Shown: one piece after another, positions 9,574 to 17,691 of the stretch | Numbering within the stretch: position 1 is the stretch's first letter | How the letters are laid out: every line of letters begins with the position of its first letter | Translations under genes and position numbers: made by a program | Assembly: GCA_016839025.1 (NCBI GenBank) | Contig: JADLKK010000006.1 | Location: 22,706 to 54,705, forward strand | DNA: 32,000 nucleotides | Direction of reading: 5' to 3' | From: Proteiniphilum sp. | Lineage (GTDB): Bacteria; Bacteroidota; Bacteroidia; Bacteroidales; Dysgonomonadaceae | The notes under the pieces: generated by a model | What the model was told of the DNA's origin: nothing | The model's database searches: none | The model's input: the letters and a program-made list of their open reading frames with translations, nothing else

Positions 9574-10692
9574 ATGTATCAGGAACAAAAGAAAACCACG
9601 GTTACCGTCCCGTTGCTTCCTCCTTTGGAGGAGTTTGTGAAATACCTGGAGGATATCTGGCAGCGAAAGTGGATTACCAATAACGGACACTATCATCAGG
9701 AGCTGGAAAAGGCACTGAGTGAATACCTGAAGGTTCCCTATATCTCTCTTTTTACCAACGGTACATTGCCATTGATGGTTGCCTTGCAGGCCTTGCGGGT
9801 CACCGGTGAGGTGATCACCACCCCCTACAGTTTTGTGGCAACCACTCACTCCCTTTGGTGGAACGGAATCAAACCCGTTTTCGTGGATGTGGATCCCCGG
9901 GACGGGAACATCGATCCCGAAAAGATCGAAGCGGCCATTACCTCCAATACCACTGCCATCATGCCGGTACATGTCTATGGTAACCCGTGTGACACGGCAC
10001 GTATTCAGCAAATTGGCGATACCTACGGATTGAAGGTTATCTACGATGCCGCACACGCTTTCGGAGTGGAAGTGGGCAATGCGTCGGTACTGCAATGGGG
10101 CGATATGAGCACCCTCAGTTTTCATGCCACCAAAATTTTTAACACCATTGAAGGAGGAGCATTGGTCTGCAGGGATGAAGCAATGAAACATCGGATCGAT
10201 TATCTGAAAAACTTCGGATTTGCCGACGAGACAACGGTCATCGCACCCGGTATCAACGGCAAAATGGATGAAGTTCGCTCCGCATACGGGTTGCTGGAGC
10301 TAAAGTATGTTGACCAGGCCATCGCTGTCAGAAAACAGGTCTCCGGAATCTATCGTGAAAAGTTGAAAGGGGTGGAGGGAATTCATTTTTTTGAGGATTA
10401 TGACGGGATACGGCACAATTACTCCTATTTCCCCATCTTTGTAGATGCACAGCGATATGGGAAAAGTCGAGACGAGCTCTATCATCACCTGCAGCAATTC
10501 CATATTTTCGGCAGGCGCTATTTTTATCCCCTCATCAGTGAGTTTTCTACCTACAGGGGACTTCCCTCGGCAGCCAGGGAGAACCTTCCCAATGCACACA
10601 GGCTGGCAGAAAGTGTGATCTGTCTTCCCATCAGTCATGAACTGGATGCCTGCGATGTGGAACATATCTGTTACAGGATTGCAAACCACTAA
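9574..10692 (+). CDS. DegT/DnrJ/EryC1/StrS-family sugar aminotransferase, probably a nucleotide-sugar C4 aminotransferase
   Basis: 372 aa. The PLP-lysine motif SFHATKIFNTIEGG resembles my recollection of WecE (SFHETK) and ArnB (SFHAIK). It also has VITTPYSFVATT and YDAAHAFG. The gap after the rnr stop is only 24 nt. Confidence 0.88.
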   Translation: MYQEQKKTTVTVPLLPPLEEFVKYLEDIWQRKWITNNGHYHQELEKALSEYLKVPYISLFTNGTLPLMVALQALRVTGEVITTPYSFVATTHSLWWNGIKPVFVDVDPRDGNIDPEKIEAAITSNTTAIMPVHVYGNPCDTARIQQIGDTYGLKVIYDAAHAFGVEVGNASVLQWGDMSTLSFHATKIFNTIEGGALVCRDEAMKHRIDYLKNFGFADETTVIAPGINGKMDEVRSAYGLLELKYVDQAIAVRKQVSGIYREKLKGVEGIHFFEDYDGIRHNYSYFPIFVDAQRYGKSRDELYHHLQQFHIFGRRYFYPLISEFSTYRGLPSAARENLPNAHRLAESVICLPISHELDACDVEHICYRIANH

Positions 10693-10702
10693 ATGTCACA
10701 AT

Positions 10703-11344
10703 ATGCTTGTCATCGGAGCCAAAGGACTTGCCAAGGAGCTGCTTGAGGTATTGTTGCAAAATAAGGAGCTGGATAATCTGGTTTTTTATGATGATCTGAA
10801 CAGTGAGGCACCCGAACACCTTTATGGCCGGTTTCCGGTTTTGAAGAGTGAAAGAGAGGCGAAGGCATATCTCTTCGGTCGTGACGCGCGTTTTACCATC
10901 GGGATCGGAAACCCGCAACTGAGAAAAATGATCTACGACCGGTTCAGCAGCTATTCTTCCCATATAACCTCTGTGATCAGCAAGGGAGCAGAGATAGGTA
11001 GTTTCGGCGTGAGAATCGGCGTGGGGTGCAACATCCTGGCGGGGGTGAAAATATCCAATGATGTGCAGATCGGCATGGGTTGCCTGATCTATTACAACAG
11101 CATCATTACCCACGATGTGCAGATCGGTGATTTTGTGGAGATCTCTCCCGGCGCCACACTGTTGGGCAGATGCAGGGTAGGGAGCTATACGCAGATCGGG
11201 AGCGGAGCCATCCTGTTACCCGATGTAACCGTGGGCAGCAATGTCGTCGTCGCAGCAGGGGCGGTCGTCACCGCCGATCTGCCCGACAATGTGATGGCTG
11301 CCGGTGTGCCGGCGGTGATCAGAAAGCAGCGCACCCCACAATAA
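10703..11344 (+). CDS. NeuD/PglD-type hexapeptide-repeat (left-handed beta-helix) sugar N-acetyltransferase
   Basis: It has an N-terminal Rossmann-like MLVIGAKGLAKELLEVL, then hexapeptide repeats (IGVGCNILAGVKISNDVQIGMGCLI..ITHDVQIGDFVEISPGATL..). The start is set at ATG 10703, just after the upstream stop at 10692. Confidence 0.85.
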   Translation: MLVIGAKGLAKELLEVLLQNKELDNLVFYDDLNSEAPEHLYGRFPVLKSEREAKAYLFGRDARFTIGIGNPQLRKMIYDRFSSYSSHITSVISKGAEIGSFGVRIGVGCNILAGVKISNDVQIGMGCLIYYNSIITHDVQIGDFVEISPGATLLGRCRVGSYTQIGSGAILLPDVTVGSNVVVAAGAVVTADLPDNVMAAGVPAVIRKQRTPQ

Positions 11345-11358
11345 ATCAACTTTTTTCC

Positions 11359-12534
11359 ATGAATTATCATTTGATGATCGATGAGAAGTTTACAGATGAC
11401 TTCATTGCCGATGCCGAGCGATATGCTCCCGGGAATAACTGCTATCTGGTAACACTCTACACCCCGGAGCCCAGGTTTACGAAGTCACCCCTCATCATCT
11501 ATTGCAGGTCTGTCAGGAGATATTGGTTTTCCCATGTTCTACCCCATTTGGAAGAGAGTGACCGGGTTTTTATCCACTGGCTTGATCGTCGTCTCTATGA
11601 TATTGTACTCTCATTGCCCGCTGTGATCAATGTGGGCATTTTCAGCTGGATGGGCGATCTGATTGCGACCCCTCTCTGTCTGTTTGAAAGGGAGATATTG
11701 AAACCGGTTAGCTATGCATTTTTCAAGAAACACCAAAGGTATCGCTTCCAAAAAGCTGGATCGCACGGTACTTTATACAACCTGCTACTGTTTGGGCGCC
11801 ACCTGTTTCGGCTGGCAACGGCACGGGCTGAATGGAAGAAGAAAAGAAGGGTGATGCAGCGGATCAATCTCTTTTTTCACTGGAATGAGTATGATTATCA
11901 GTGGGTGAGGCGACATTACCCCGGATTCGATGCCCGTTTGGTATACTTTGTATACGATGTGGGGCTGGAAAGCGCCCTGCCGGTACCCCGCAGCGCTAAG
12001 GGGAAAGACGAGCCACTCACAATCTGGCTTGGAAACTCCGCGACGGTCACAAACAATCATTTTGAAGCGTTGGATCTGCTGGCCCACCTCAGTGAGGAAC
12101 ATATCGAGATCATTTGTCCGCTCAGCTATGGAGAATCAACCGGCTCTCTCTATACCCGGAAGGTGATTGAAAAAGGAAAGCGGATTTTTGGCGATAGGTT
12201 TATTCCATTGCTTGCCTACGTTGACCGGGATCGATATTATGGCATGTTTCAGAAAGTGGATCTGGTGTTGATGAATCATATCCGAAGTCAGGCTGCCGGG
12301 AATGTGTTTGCTTTTCTGAAGCTGGGTAAACCGGTATTTATGGAAGAGAGAAGTCCGCTTTTTCAGTTTCTTTGTGCGAAAGACTGCAGGATGCTCCACA
12401 GGGCCAATGATTTGATGCGATATAGCTTTGCCGAACTGAAAGCACTCAGCAGTGGGAAAGGGCTGACCGTTCACCCTGTAGAAATTGTGGATCTCGGTTT
12501 GAAAGCGGAAAATTTGCGGCGATACCTGGAGTAA
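11359..12534 (+). CDS. WecF-like GT56 glycosyltransferase (TDP-Fuc4NAc:lipid II Fuc4NAc transferase family)
   Basis: LTIWLGNSATVTNNHFEALDLL..ICPLSYG matches E. coli WecF [29 protein letters not shown] from memory. The C-terminal block DLVLMNHIRSQAAGNVFAFLKLGKPVFMEERSPLFQ matches [36 protein letters not shown]. The start is set at ATG 11359. The ORF-track N-terminal extension is an out-of-frame read of the acetyltransferase gene. Confidence 0.8.
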   Translation: MNYHLMIDEKFTDDFIADAERYAPGNNCYLVTLYTPEPRFTKSPLIIYCRSVRRYWFSHVLPHLEESDRVFIHWLDRRLYDIVLSLPAVINVGIFSWMGDLIATPLCLFEREILKPVSYAFFKKHQRYRFQKAGSHGTLYNLLLFGRHLFRLATARAEWKKKRRVMQRINLFFHWNEYDYQWVRRHYPGFDARLVYFVYDVGLESALPVPRSAKGKDEPLTIWLGNSATVTNNHFEALDLLAHLSEEHIEIICPLSYGESTGSLYTRKVIEKGKRIFGDRFIPLLAYVDRDRYYGMFQKVDLVLMNHIRSQAAGNVFAFLKLGKPVFMEERSPLFQFLCAKDCRMLHRANDLMRYSFAELKALSSGKGLTVHPVEIVDLGLKAENLRRYLE

Positions 12535-12535
12535 C

Positions 12536-13993
12536 CTACTCCTTTTCATCCTCTCTTTGTCTCTTCCCAAACCATTCTTCGATCTCTTTCACCATCTCGA
12601 GACGCATCAGCTTGCACAATGTCAGATAGGAAAGCGCAATGATTAACAGATTGAGCAGGATGAACAACAGGCTGTTCGTAACCTGCCGGGTGAAGAGGCA
12701 GGAGAGCGCGGCCGATGCAATCGCCGTTCCAAGATAGGGGAGGGTGTCCTTCAGCAAGTCCAGTGGCCGGTAATTGATCAGGTTTTTGGAGAAAATGACC
12801 GAGATCAACAGCGTTACAAACATGTAAATGATCCAGCTCAAGGCCAGTGCAGTGATGCCGTAGGGAAATAGCAACAGGATCAGCAGGATCAAAACGGCAC
12901 CTTTGATTGCTTCAACTCCCAGGAAGTAGTGGGCATTCTCCTTGGTGACAAACAGTTCATTGAAGATGTATACGAAGGGTGAGAACATCCCGGCGATGGT
13001 GAGAATTTGAAAAAAGGGTACTGACGGTAACCATTTCTCTTTGAAAAAAAGATAAAAGGTAGGTTCTGCCACCACAATCATCATCATCCCGATGGGGAAG
13101 GAAAGGAAAGCGATCGATTTGATGATTTTGCTGATCACCCGCTTCAGCCGGACGTTCTCCCGGTTGATCTCCGGTAAAATGAGCATGGATACCGACCTGA
13201 ATGTGTTGCCGATGGTGAGGAACGGGATCTCCTGGTATTTCTTTGCCTGGTTGAAAAAGGCAACCTGGCTCATGGGATAGAAGGCAGCGATCAGGCTGGG
13301 GTAGATATTGTTGATGGTGGTGGTGATAGCTGAGGTCAACAGCAGCTTATGGCTGAAAGCAAAGAAGCTTTTCAGACGGGTAATGCTAAACCGTGAGTTG
13401 GGTAACCATGAAGTGTGCAGCAGCAGGAGAAACGATCTGCCAAAGGCATAGAGAAGCGTTTGTGCCACCAGCGCCCATACCCCTTTTCCGGCAATAGCCA
13501 TCAGTATGGCCGCCAAATCTGCTACCAGCAGCGAAAGCATGTTGATCCTGGTCAGACCCCTGAAATCGGCCTTCTTGATGAGAATGGTCTGGTGAATAAG
13601 AGCAAAGGCGTTGATGATGAGAGAGAGGAACAGGATGCGTACAACCGGTATGATGGCCCGCGTATTGAAGAGTTCCCCCAGTAAGGGGGCAGCGAAGAAA
13701 AAGAGCAGGTACAGCAGGATGCTCAACGTGATGTTGAAATAGAAAACTGTGGCGTAATCGTCTATTTCCAGCTCTTTTCTGTTGAGTAACGCCCTGCCAA
13801 ACCCACTGTCGACAAGGATCGAAGAGAAGGCGACAAATACTGCCAGAGAGCCAATCAAACCATAATCTTCCGTAGCCAGGATGTTCATCATGATCAGCAT
13901 GCTCAGAAAATTGAGTATCTGTTGCCCGAACTTATCCAGAAAACTCCAGAAGAGGGAAAGGGTTGTTTTATGTTTCAGGGTTGGCTCTGTCAT
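12536..13993 (-). CDS. Wzx-type polysaccharide/oligosaccharide flippase (MOP superfamily)
   Basis: 485 aa and highly hydrophobic, with many predicted TM segments. The N-terminus is typical of Polysacc_synt proteins (SLFWSFLDKFGQQILNFL..). It is convergent with the WecF-like gene, with stops 1 nt apart. Confidence 0.85.
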   Translation of the reverse strand: MTEPTLKHKTTLSLFWSFLDKFGQQILNFLSMLIMMNILATEDYGLIGSLAVFVAFSSILVDSGFGRALLNRKELEIDDYATVFYFNITLSILLYLLFFFAAPLLGELFNTRAIIPVVRILFLSLIINAFALIHQTILIKKADFRGLTRINMLSLLVADLAAILMAIAGKGVWALVAQTLLYAFGRSFLLLLHTSWLPNSRFSITRLKSFFAFSHKLLLTSAITTTINNIYPSLIAAFYPMSQVAFFNQAKKYQEIPFLTIGNTFRSVSMLILPEINRENVRLKRVISKIIKSIAFLSFPIGMMMIVVAEPTFYLFFKEKWLPSVPFFQILTIAGMFSPFVYIFNELFVTKENAHYFLGVEAIKGAVLILLILLLFPYGITALALSWIIYMFVTLLISVIFSKNLINYRPLDLLKDTLPYLGTAIASAALSCLFTRQVTNSLLFILLNLLIIALSYLTLCKLMRLEMVKEIEEWFGKRQREDEKE

Positions 13994-14028
13994 CTGGTGT
14001 TGTTACCGGTTGTCGCTGCAAAAATAGG

Positions 14029-14036
14029 CAACATTC
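14029..14036 (-). promoter_or_regulatory. -7 promoter box TAttTTTG for the wzx-like gene
   Basis: Exact TAnnTTTG on the minus strand, about 36 nt upstream of ATG 13993. Confidence 0.5.
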
Positions 14037-14124
14037 TTCAGATATTGGCTGTTTGGGCCAAATGAATGGTTGGAGGAGGTGCAGATTGGGCGGCATCACT
14101 CTTTTTTCGGAACTTATTTTTTTG

Positions 14125-14132
14125 TACGTTTG
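14125..14132 (+). promoter_or_regulatory. -7 promoter box TAcgTTTG for queG
   Basis: Exact TAnnTTTG 19 nt upstream of ATG 14151. Confidence 0.5.
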
Positions 14133-14150
14133 ATGCAAATTGAAACAGAA

Positions 14151-15071
14151 ATGAGCTTTTCGCAAGAGATCAAACAGCAGGCGCTGCAGCTTGGCTTCGA
14201 TGCCTGTGGTATCTGCCGCGCCACCGGCAGCGGTGAGGAAGAGCGTTACATGGAGTGGCTGCGCGATCATTGCCAGGGGACGATGGGCTACCTGGAACGC
14301 AACATCGACAAGCGGCTGGATCCGCGGTTGCTGGTGGAGGATGCCCGTTCCATCATCTCCGTGGCGCTGAACTACTACCCGCCGGTAAAGCTCCCCGGGA
14401 GAGTGCCCCAGTTTGCCTATTATGCCTACGGGAAGGATTATCATGATGTGGTCAGGGAGAAGCTACGTCAATTGTATGACTGGATCCGGGAGCGTCATCC
14501 CGGGGTGACAGGGCGCTGCTTCACCGACTCGGCCCCGGTGCTGGAACGTTTCTGGGCGGCACAGGCGGGGTTGGGTTTTATCGGCAAGAACACCCTGCTG
14601 ATCATTCCCGGTAAGGGTTCCTACTTCTTCCTGGGGGAGCTGATCATCGACATGGAACTCGATTACGACCAGCCTGTTACGGAGAGCTGTGGCGACTGCA
14701 CCCGCTGTTTGCGTTCCTGTCCCACCGGAGCCATCGACAGACCCTATCGCGTGAACGCGCGCAACTGCATTTCCTACCAGACCATTGAGCACAAAGGAGA
14801 AATTTCTCCCGATATCCTGCCCAACCTGCGGAACAATATCTACGGTTGTGACATCTGTCAGAAGGTTTGTCCCTGGAACCGTGAAGCCACCCCGCACGCC
14901 ACACCTGATTTCCTGCCCTCGGCGGCATTCCTCTCGCTCGACCTGGAGCAGCTGCAGGAGATGGATGAGGAGTGCTGGCGTCAGATCTTCCGTCATTCGG
15001 CTGTCAAAAGAGCCCGGTTTGCCGGATTGAAACGCAACGTCGAAGCCGTTTCGAAAAGTCGCGGGAAATAG
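14151..15071 (+). CDS. queG: Epoxyqueuosine reductase
   Basis: It has two 4Fe-4S motifs ([15 protein letters not shown] and [11 protein letters not shown]) and a typical QueG N-terminus ([15 protein letters not shown]). The start is set at ATG 14151. Confidence 0.9.
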   Translation: MSFSQEIKQQALQLGFDACGICRATGSGEEERYMEWLRDHCQGTMGYLERNIDKRLDPRLLVEDARSIISVALNYYPPVKLPGRVPQFAYYAYGKDYHDVVREKLRQLYDWIRERHPGVTGRCFTDSAPVLERFWAAQAGLGFIGKNTLLIIPGKGSYFFLGELIIDMELDYDQPVTESCGDCTRCLRSCPTGAIDRPYRVNARNCISYQTIEHKGEISPDILPNLRNNIYGCDICQKVCPWNREATPHATPDFLPSAAFLSLDLEQLQEMDEECWRQIFRHSAVKRARFAGLKRNVEAVSKSRGK

Positions 15072-15072
15072 C

Positions 15073-15080
15073 TACATTTG
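15073..15080 (+). promoter_or_regulatory. -7 promoter box TAcaTTTG for ruvB
   Basis: Exact TAnnTTTG immediately after the queG stop (15069..15071) and 18 nt upstream of ATG 15098. Confidence 0.5.
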
Positions 15081-15097
15081 CATTTTGCAGCAGAACA

Positions 15098-16129
15098 ATG
15101 ACAACAGAAGAATCATTTGACATCCGGGGCAGGAATATCTTGCCGGAGAGTGAACGGGAGGTGGAGAACACCCTGCGTCCGTTCACCTTCAACAGCTTCA
15201 ACGGTCAGGAAAAGATCGTGGAGAACCTGAAGATCTTCGTCAGCGCCGCCCGGATGCGGGGCGAGTCGCTCGACCATGTGCTGCTGCATGGTCCCCCGGG
15301 ATTGGGGAAGACCACCCTGTCGAACATCATCGCCAACGAGCTGGGTGTCGGTTTCCGGATCACATCCGGTCCGGTGCTCGATAAACCGGGCGACCTGGCC
15401 GGGATCCTTACCTCTCTCGAGTCAAACGATGTGCTCTTCATTGATGAGATACACCGTCTCTCGCCGGTGGTGGAGGAGTACCTCTACAGCGCGATGGAGG
15501 ATTGCCGCATCGATATCGTGATCGACAAGGGACCCAGCGCCCGCTCCATCCAGATCGACCTCAACCCCTTCACACTTATCGGAGCCACCACCCGCAGCGG
15601 CCTGCTGACAAGCCCCCTGCGTGCTCGCTTTGGGATCAACATGCACCTGGAGTATTATGACATGGATACCCTCACCGGTATCGTGTTGCGCTCAGCTGAC
15701 ATCCTGCAGATCGCCTGCGACCGTAACGCAGCCCGTGAGATCGCCTCCCGCAGCCGGGGCACGCCCCGTGTGGCTAACGCGCTGCTGCGGCGGGTGCGTG
15801 ACTTCGCACAGGTGAAGGGAAACGGAAAGATCGACAACGCCATCTCCATCTATGCGCTTGAGGCGCTCAATATCGACAGGCACGGACTGGATGAGATCGA
15901 CAACAAGATCCTGCTCACCATCATCGACAAGTTTGGTGGCGGCCCGGTGGGAATCACCACCATCGCCACCGCCGTAGGGGATGATGCCGGCACCATCGAA
16001 GAGGTATATGAGCCGTTCCTGATCAAGGAGGGATTCATCAAACGCACACCCCGTGGTCGGGAGGCGACGGAACTGGCCTACCGCCATTTGGGGAGGAGAA
16101 AAATCGAGGAGCAGGGGTTGCTATTCTGA
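15098..16129 (+). CDS. ruvB: Holliday junction branch migration ATPase RuvB
   Basis: It has Walker [11 protein letters not shown], Walker [11 protein letters not shown], and sensor/arginine regions ([32 protein letters not shown]). The start is set at ATG 15098. The ORF-track extension overlaps queG. Confidence 0.97.
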   Translation: MTTEESFDIRGRNILPESEREVENTLRPFTFNSFNGQEKIVENLKIFVSAARMRGESLDHVLLHGPPGLGKTTLSNIIANELGVGFRITSGPVLDKPGDLAGILTSLESNDVLFIDEIHRLSPVVEEYLYSAMEDCRIDIVIDKGPSARSIQIDLNPFTLIGATTRSGLLTSPLRARFGINMHLEYYDMDTLTGIVLRSADILQIACDRNAAREIASRSRGTPRVANALLRRVRDFAQVKGNGKIDNAISIYALEALNIDRHGLDEIDNKILLTIIDKFGGGPVGITTIATAVGDDAGTIEEVYEPFLIKEGFIKRTPRGREATELAYRHLGRRKIEEQGLLF

Positions 16130-16152
16130 TCAGCTTTTGCAGCCAAGGGATA

Positions 16153-17544
16153 TTAGTAGTTGCTGAAGATCAGCTCAATTTTCAGGTTTCCTTCCCGTTT
16201 GTCGAGCATGGCCGCCGTAGGCCGCATCTGGTTGTGGAGATCGGTCAGGGCCTGGCTTCCCGATGAATAGTAGCTCTGCTGCACGGTGGTGTAGGTCGCA
16301 TCCACCGGAATAAGGTAGTATACCAGGTCATACGGATCCTCTCCCATTTCCCGGTTGTAGTGGTTGATCATTGCCGAGATGTTATTGAAGTCATAGGAGT
16401 AGGTGGTGGCGTCAAATTTGTCGGAGATGAAGCTGGTGATGTTGTCGGCCAGCTTTCGTCCTTCAAAGAAACCCTTCAGTGAGTCACGGTTCACCAGTAA
16501 CAGATAGTCGGGAGGTGATATCTTCACCATCGGATCTTCCATCGCATCGGGTAGGGCATAGAGGGTGAAATTGGCCAGGTTGAGGGCTTTCCCTTTCAAC
16601 TCCTGGTGGATGCCGGTAAAGGGGAAGGTGATTTCTGTTGCCACACCGGAGGGGCTTTTTACATACGTGTGGCTGTTGTTCTCCTCCAACAGCTGCTCAT
16701 TGTTGCTACGGATGGTATTCAGCTGGGTAACCTCAGGGGTGATGAAGAGGCGCAGGGCGTTGGTGCGGACAGTATCCTCTCCGGTGGAGGAGCCTTTCTC
16801 ATCGGTGTAGCGGTAGTGCACGAAGAATGAGGTAAAGCTGACATCGAGAATGGTGCTGTTGCCAAAGGTAGTGGTGAAGTATAAGCCCGGGAAGAACTGC
16901 CTGAAGCGTTCCGCATCACTCATCATTCCGTGAGCCGGTTTGTTGTATTCCTCGAGAAACCGTTCCCCGAGTGACAGAGGCATCTTTACACTGATGTCAT
17001 ACACCTTGTAGGTCTGGGTGCTGTATCCGGAGGAGTAGGATTCGGTATGATAGGTCTTGTTCTTGCCGGTGAAGGCTGTCTTCCCAAGGGGGGCTGTCAT
17101 ATCGGCATACGCTTCGGGGTTGATGTGGGTGTAGCGGCTGACATCCTTGAGGGATCGGTTCAGCGCATATACCGATAGCTCCATGGGGGCCAGCGAGTCG
17201 CCCATCATGGTGGCATAGGAGACCACCACCCTTACTGAGTCGATGGTCGATCCGGGTTCAAAACCTGCGCCTTCCGGCAGATAAAATTCACCCAGATACT
17301 CGGATTTGACGGACCCGAAGAGTGGATCCACATATTCCCCCAGTACCGGATATTTCGTTCTGGCAAAGATCGAATCGATCTGTACCGTGCGGGCCTGCAG
17401 ATGCATGGTGTCGATGCCTACGGTGAGGTCGTCCATTCCCGGCTGGATGGTGAATCCCACCTGGTCGAGCGTGTCGTTGCAGGAGAGCGTCAGTAGGGAG
17501 AGAAGGGTAACGAACAGCGCTTTGTATAAGGGGTTGGGTTTCAT
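16153..17544 (-). CDS. Lipoprotein of unknown function, DUF4270-like
   Basis: It has a signal peptide plus lipobox (LLSLLTLSCND). The family call rests on recalled synteny (short GT5 gene and panC next to DUF4270 in Bacteroidota) and on size. The ORF-track start at 17553 is TTG. The first ATG is 17544 (MKPNPLYKAL). Confidence 0.6.
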   Translation of the reverse strand: MKPNPLYKALFVTLLSLLTLSCNDTLDQVGFTIQPGMDDLTVGIDTMHLQARTVQIDSIFARTKYPVLGEYVDPLFGSVKSEYLGEFYLPEGAGFEPGSTIDSVRVVVSYATMMGDSLAPMELSVYALNRSLKDVSRYTHINPEAYADMTAPLGKTAFTGKNKTYHTESYSSGYSTQTYKVYDISVKMPLSLGERFLEEYNKPAHGMMSDAERFRQFFPGLYFTTTFGNSTILDVSFTSFFVHYRYTDEKGSSTGEDTVRTNALRLFITPEVTQLNTIRSNNEQLLEENNSHTYVKSPSGVATEITFPFTGIHQELKGKALNLANFTLYALPDAMEDPMVKISPPDYLLLVNRDSLKGFFEGRKLADNITSFISDKFDATTYSYDFNNISAMINHYNREMGEDPYDLVYYLIPVDATYTTVQQSYYSSGSQALTDLHNQMRPTAAMLDKREGNLKIELIFSNY

Positions 17545-17550
17545 TCGTTT

Positions 17551-17558
17551 CAAAAATA
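17551..17558 (-). promoter_or_regulatory. -7 promoter box TAttTTTG for the DUF4270-like gene
   Basis: Exact TAnnTTTG on the minus strand. Only 6 nt separate the box from ATG 17544. Confidence 0.4.
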
Positions 17559-17691
17559 TATCGATTCAACGCCGCAAATATCCGAAAAAAATGTTTCACT
17601 TGAAAGCCGTTGAAATGCTTTCTGCGAAATTTTAATGATAATTGTATCTCGGTGGATCAAAAAATGGGATTCATAAAAGATTTTTAGAAAA

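Noticed and set aside
11170-11358. A 63-codon N-terminal extension of the GT56 ORF that would overlap the acetyltransferase gene
   Set aside because: It is an Arg/Cys/Gly-rich out-of-frame read of the hexapeptide-repeat gene. The WecF-like homology starts at ATG 11359, 12 nt after the acetyltransferase stop.
14972-15097. A 5' extension of ruvB overlapping the end of queG, suggesting a 100-nt gene overlap
   Set aside because: An exact -7 box (15073..15080) and ATG 15098 give a normal-length RuvB ([11 protein letters not shown]...). The extension has no RuvB-like sequence.
17602-17622. A hairpin gaaagc / gctttc after the short-GT5 gene, considered as a terminator
   Set aside because: The stem is only 6 bp and AT-rich. 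The nearest T-run on the transcribed strand is about 10 nt away from the stem. The downstream lipoprotein gene may simply be co-transcribed or use its own -7 box.
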